From assembly GCA_964558915.1 (NCBI GenBank), contig CAZLFV010000001.1:76835-140834 (forward strand): a stretch of DNA of 64,000 nt, written 5' to 3'. The stretch is from an uncultured Eubacteriales bacterium (GTDB taxonomy: Bacteria; Acidobacteriota; Aminicenantia; Aminicenantales; UBA8522). Numbering within the stretch: the stretch's first letter is position 1; the number at the start of each line of letters is the position of its first letter. Shown in pieces: positions 59,999-64,000 of this stretch. The translations under genes and the position numbers were made by a program. The notes beneath the pieces are model-generated. The model ran no database searches. It was not told the origin of the DNA and saw nothing but the letters and a program-made list of their open reading frames with translations.

Positions 59999-61327
59999 AT
60001 GGGAAAGGTGAGATTCATTCAAACAAAAAGCGTCCTCCGTGGCGTAGCTATCATCATGCTAATATCGGCTTGGGCCGCGCTGCTGGACCAGTCCTGGGCG
60101 CTTGCCGCCCAGAAAAACGTTTTGGAGAGTGGCCTGACCGTGATTCAAGAAAAAGACACTTCGTCGGCCACAACGTTCCTCGAAATTATCATACTAGGCG
60201 GTAAAAGAGCCGAGCCCCCGGGAAAAATGGGGCTGTCGTTTCTTACGGCGCGGCTTGCCATCGAAATACCGGATACGGACAAAGTTCAGGAGCTAATCGG
60301 TTTAGCCTCGCGGATTTCTGTGGCTTCCCGGGGTGATTATGCCCTGATCACCATAGAATGCCTCTCTTCAAATTTCGAGCCGACCGTCAAGATCATTTCA
60401 AAAATTATTCTCGACCCCCTGTTTTCCGGACTGAGACTGGATGCCGTAAAAAAATACGAGAAGCATCAGAGCAAAATTGAACAGGACGATTCGGCCACCG
60501 TCGGCCACCTGGCCAATTTGCATGCTTTTTTCGCCAACACCGGATATGAAGGATCCATTTATGGCGATGAAAAGAGCCTTGAAGCGATCAAAATCAAGGA
60601 CGTTAAGGATTTTTATAAAACATACTTCGCCGCCTCAAATATGATTTTCTCCTGGAGTTCCGACCTGCCAGAAGCGGCTGTTTTGGCTGTGGTCCAAAAA
60701 TATTTTGCCGGGATTCCCCGCGGGAAGGCGGTTATTCTTGGCCCTCTGAGCCCAACTCTACAGGAAGAAAAAAAAGGATTTATAGAGAGAGATACAAAAC
60801 AGACCTTTATCTCCCTGTCATTTCCTGTTCCGGGAGCTTCCCGTCGATCCTATGCCCTTTCTTACTTTCTTGAGACTCTTCTGGGCAGAGGTCCCGGTTC
60901 TCTGTTATGGCCGCTCCGGTCAGAAAAACGACTGGCTTACAATGTCAATTGCCGGTTGACGCAGATGAAGGAGGGCGGGTTGCTTGAGGCATTTCTGGAG
61001 ACGGACAATACAAAAAGGAGTCTCGCCCTTGAAGCATTGCAGAGGACGCTCATCGGGCTTTTTGAGCACGGCATTACCTCCGAAGAGCTCGAGGCGACGA
61101 AGACAATGGCCAAGGCGAATTTCCTCAGGACGAATGAGCCCAAATCTGCGCGGGCGACCACGCTTGGCACATTTGAGGCGCTTGGGTTGGGTTTTGGCTA
61201 CTTTGGCGAATTGCTCTCCTTATTGGACGGCCTGGCTCTGGACGAGGTCAACGCCTATATCAAAGAAGTTATTCCTCCAGAAAAGGGATTTGAGCTCATC
61301 GTTGGGCCGAAGAACGACGGATCCTAA
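59999..61327 (+). CDS. Secreted M16 family non-catalytic partner subunit
   Basis: Signal peptide. M16 fold but GLSFLTARLAIE at the motif position (no HxxEH). 3 nt after the upstream gene. Confidence 0.75.
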   Translation: MGKVRFIQTKSVLRGVAIIMLISAWAALLDQSWALAAQKNVLESGLTVIQEKDTSSATTFLEIIILGGKRAEPPGKMGLSFLTARLAIEIPDTDKVQELIGLASRISVASRGDYALITIECLSSNFEPTVKIISKIILDPLFSGLRLDAVKKYEKHQSKIEQDDSATVGHLANLHAFFANTGYEGSIYGDEKSLEAIKIKDVKDFYKTYFAASNMIFSWSSDLPEAAVLAVVQKYFAGIPRGKAVILGPLSPTLQEEKKGFIERDTKQTFISLSFPVPGASRRSYALSYFLETLLGRGPGSLLWPLRSEKRLAYNVNCRLTQMKEGGLLEAFLETDNTKRSLALEALQRTLIGLFEHGITSEELEATKTMAKANFLRTNEPKSARATTLGTFEALGLGFGYFGELLSLLDGLALDEVNAYIKEVIPPEKGFELIVGPKNDGS

Positions 61328-61334
61328 GCCGGGG

Positions 61335-62219
61335 CTATTCTCCCTGGTTTTTCAGGGCCATTTCTTTGCGCAATAGTGCCGCGTACTCGACGACAAGAGC
61401 GATATCATTTCTGTTCCGGCCCAGGCTGGCCAGGATATCGGTTTGAGGCGTCTGCCAGTGGGAGCTCAACTCCAGATGGCCGAGGCGGACGGCTTCACCC
61501 CAGGAAGAGAAATCATCCCGGTACGTTGAGTCCCTCCAGTTCATGTTCTCTTCGAGAGGTTTCCCGAATTTTTGAATCAGGGCTTCCTTAATGACTTGAT
61601 AGTCTTTCAGGTACGCATTTCTATCCAGCGAATTGTTCAAGAACGAAAATCTTGTCTGGACGAGCTTGTTGGCTGTGAACATATATTCAATAGTGCAGTC
61701 CATGTTGATGACCTTTTGCTGGTATCTCATGATTTCCAGGCCTCTGCGTCTCTCCTGGTCGGACGGCTTGCCCTCCGATTCCAAGATCTGCTTTTTGCTC
61801 TGGCCCCAGGTCATCTCTTCAAATTTTCGGGGAACATAATTGACTTTTGTTCCCTCGGTTTCTTCAGCAATGATGACGGTCTTCAAGACATCATAAAGAG
61901 GCTCGACAGTTGAATCCAAGACATAGCCAGATTTGGTGACGCCTGTCTTTTCCGATTTATAGCAAACATAGTACCAGACCTTCTTCATTTTGCCTGAATA
62001 AAGAAGCGATAGAATCGTGCCCCTCCCGATCGTGTCCAGGACCGTGCTTTCTTCATCCGGTTTCATGAAGATATGGCTGTAATCCGCCACGACTCGAAGT
62101 TTCTTTTCAAAACTCTCGAGAACTGCGGGCGCGACCCAGACGGATAGGACCAGAATAGTCAAAAAAAGTTTGGCTGCCCGAGTTGGTTTTTTAGGCATTT
62201 TCTTTCCTTTTGTCCCCAT
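61335..62219 (-). CDS. Secreted hypothetical protein
   Basis: N-terminal signal peptide (AAKLFLTILVLSVWVAPAVLE). No recognisable domain. An internal ATG at 62198 is an alternative start. Confidence 0.4.
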   Translation of the reverse strand: MGTKGKKMPKKPTRAAKLFLTILVLSVWVAPAVLESFEKKLRVVADYSHIFMKPDEESTVLDTIGRGTILSLLYSGKMKKVWYYVCYKSEKTGVTKSGYVLDSTVEPLYDVLKTVIIAEETEGTKVNYVPRKFEEMTWGQSKKQILESEGKPSDQERRRGLEIMRYQQKVINMDCTIEYMFTANKLVQTRFSFLNNSLDRNAYLKDYQVIKEALIQKFGKPLEENMNWRDSTYRDDFSSWGEAVRLGHLELSSHWQTPQTDILASLGRNRNDIALVVEYAALLRKEMALKNQGE

Positions 62220-62376
62220 GATTTATAGACTTTGCTTACAGATTACATGTCCCTGCTCACAGAGACGCTTCTAGATTGGGCTTGGCAACATAGGGGGGCA
62301 ATCCTCCAGAGGGGTGAATTGAGGTGGGATTTCTCTTCACCTCAAAAGATTAACCCTTGGATTGTGAAAAAAGCTC

Positions 62377-63318
62377 TCAGGCAAAGATTCCGGCCAGCTT
62401 GTTCAGACCTTCCCAGTCCCTGTCGACTTCCGCCTGGATTCGCTCAATCATCCAGGCGTTTTCCTCCTTGAAGAGGTGGCGGAAACGGCCCTGCGGTTTC
62501 AGCCATTCCGCAACGGGCTTTTTCTCTTTCGGCCTATAATTGATTTTATACTTCCCGTCATCGACTTCATAAAGAGGCCAGACGCATGTATCGGCAGCGA
62601 TCTGAGCGAGCTTGATACCCTGGGATTCCTCATATTTCCATTCGGTTGGACAGAGGCAGAGAACGTTCAGGAAGGCCGGCCCCTCCACCTCGAAGGCCCG
62701 CTGAGCCTTGTTGTACAAATCCTGCCAGCGGTGCGGGCTGGCCTGGGCCACATAAGGGATCTTATGGGCGATGAGGACTTGGGTCAGGTCTTTTCTCCGT
62801 TGGATCTTGCCGGGGCTTTTTAAACCTGACGGAGCAGTTGTCGCCGAAGCGCCCAGGGGCGTGGCCGAGGACCGCTGGCCTCCCGTGTTGGCGTAGACAT
62901 TGTTGTCATAGCAGACATAAAAAATGTTGTGCCCTCGTTCGACGGCGCCCGAGAGCGCCTGGATTCCGATGTCATACGTCCCGCCGTCTCCACCTGTTCC
63001 GAGGAACTTGATTTTCTTATCAGCCGGGATTTTGCCCTTGTTTTTCAGCGCTTTAAACATGGCCTCAACGCCGGCAATGGTTGAGGCGGCGTTTTCAAAA
63101 GCGCTGTGAACCCACATGCAGTTCCAGGAAGTCCGGGGAAAGACGGTCGTGCACACCTCCAGACATCCCGTCGCGTTGGCCACAACGATCGGGTCTTCGG
63201 TCGCTCTCAAAATGATCTTGAAAATGAGAGGAATCCCGCAGCCCAAGCACATGCCATGACCGGCGACGAGTCGGTCTTCCATCTGAGCCAGATCTTTAAG
63301 TTTGACTGCCATGTTCAT
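62377..63318 (-). CDS. porB: 2-oxoacid:ferredoxin oxidoreductase beta subunit (TPP-binding; PorB/VorB type)
   Basis: GHGMCLGCG N-terminal motif. TPP-binding GTGGDGGTYDIGIQALSGAVERGHNIFYVCYDNNVYANTGGQ. Confidence 0.85.
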   Translation of the reverse strand: MNMAVKLKDLAQMEDRLVAGHGMCLGCGIPLIFKIILRATEDPIVVANATGCLEVCTTVFPRTSWNCMWVHSAFENAASTIAGVEAMFKALKNKGKIPADKKIKFLGTGGDGGTYDIGIQALSGAVERGHNIFYVCYDNNVYANTGGQRSSATPLGASATTAPSGLKSPGKIQRRKDLTQVLIAHKIPYVAQASPHRWQDLYNKAQRAFEVEGPAFLNVLCLCPTEWKYEESQGIKLAQIAADTCVWPLYEVDDGKYKINYRPKEKKPVAEWLKPQGRFRHLFKEENAWMIERIQAEVDRDWEGLNKLAGIFA

Positions 63319-63343
63319 TACTCCTTTTGTGGGGAATCCTGCC

Positions 63344-64000
63344 TTACTCTCTCAAGTTGAGGTAGCCGAGCATCTGGTCGACTTTGCCGGTGACGCCAAT
63401 CGTCTCGAGTGTCTTGGCGACGTCCTTGAAATGCTCGATCCTGATGTCTCGTCCGCCAAGTCCATAAACATGATTTACAACCTTGGGCCGGTCGTCGTAG
63501 TCATATAGCGCCGAGCGAATTTCAGTGAACAGCGGAGCGCCGAAAGCTCCCGGGGCCGAAGATCGGTCCAGGACAGCCACAGCCTTCATCCTTTTCAAGG
63601 CAGCCCCAATTTGTTCATGCGGAAAGGGCCGAAAAACTCGGGGCTTGAGCAGGCCGACGGGAAGGCCTTCGTTGCGGAGTTCGTCGACGGCATCCTTGCC
63701 GGTCCCGGCGGCCGAGCTCATGACCACAATAGCCAGCTCCGCATCGTCCATTCTGTATTCCTCAAAAAAGCCGTAGCTCCGGCCAAATGTCCTGCCGAAT
63801 TCCCTGCCAACCTCCGAAATCACGTGGGGCGAATTCTCGATGCCTTCGATCTGGCTTCTCTTGTGCTCGAAATAATAGTCGGTGAAATCGATTGGGCCGA
63901 CCGTGAATTTTCGGCTCGTATCCAGAAGCGGATAAGGGGGTTTGAATTCGCCGATGAATTTCTTGACGGCCGCGTCATCCTCGACCTGGACAACCTCGGA
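63344..64000 (-). CDS. porA: 2-oxoacid:ferredoxin oxidoreductase alpha subunit, C-terminal part (5' end outside window)
   Basis: Frame is open to the window edge. C-terminal domain III of POR alpha, directly upstream of porB. Confidence 0.7.
   Translation of the reverse strand, partial: SEVVQVEDDAAVKKFIGEFKPPYPLLDTSRKFTVGPIDFTDYYFEHKRSQIEGIENSPHVISEVGREFGRTFGRSYGFFEEYRMDDAELAIVVMSSAAGTGKDAVDELRNEGLPVGLLKPRVFRPFPHEQIGAALKRMKAVAVLDRSSAPGAFGAPLFTEIRSALYDYDDRPKVVNHVYGLGGRDIRIEHFKDVAKTLETIGVTGKVDQMLGYLNLRE

Noticed and set aside
62320-62356. 8-bp inverted repeat TTGAGGTG...CACCTCAA (12-nt loop) downstream of porB as an intrinsic terminator
   Set aside because: No U-tract follows on the minus strand. 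It may just be a structured spacer before the next gene.

Overview
This 64 kb window looks like a high-GC (~55%) bacterial chromosome from an anaerobic, peptide- and amino-acid-fermenting organism. The gene content suggests the FCB group or a candidate phylum: a UpxY-like NusG paralog, a serC-serA-DUF1015 arrangement, glycyl-radical and 2-oxoacid:ferredoxin enzymes, and many peptidases. Most of the window is housekeeping: serC/serA, nifS, asnS, rimO-pgpA-cinA-thpR-plsY-gpsA, metK-ahcY, ftcD, znuABC, galK, nuoJKLMN and porAB. I found two unannotated RNA genes that are masked by spurious ORFs: an initiator tRNA-fMet (50013..50089, minus) and a type-A RNase P RNA (about 56487..56869, minus). No CRISPR array, transposase, integrase or obvious defence system is present. 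The candidates for something new are: (1) a Tat-signal-bearing AmmeMemoRadiSam-type radical SAM enzyme, orphaned from its partners, next to a DUF362/ferredoxin protein; (2) an HPr-kinase-like P-loop protein translationally coupled to a ComA-family (phosphosulfolactate-synthase-like) protein beside a secreted glycosidase; (3) a secreted M16 'peptidase' pair in which neither subunit keeps the HxxEH zinc motif, coupled to ftcD; (4) a hydroxyproline/collagen-peptide catabolic island with a CxE-class glycyl radical enzyme plus activase, GntR, a Cys/Thr-type proline-racemase-family member (trans-3-hydroxy-L-proline dehydratase signature), PepP, PepD, a C-N hydrolase and a signal-peptide RidA. The ORF track uses GTG/TTG as 'M' in several places, so several starts were moved to the most plausible ATG/GTG with an RBS.
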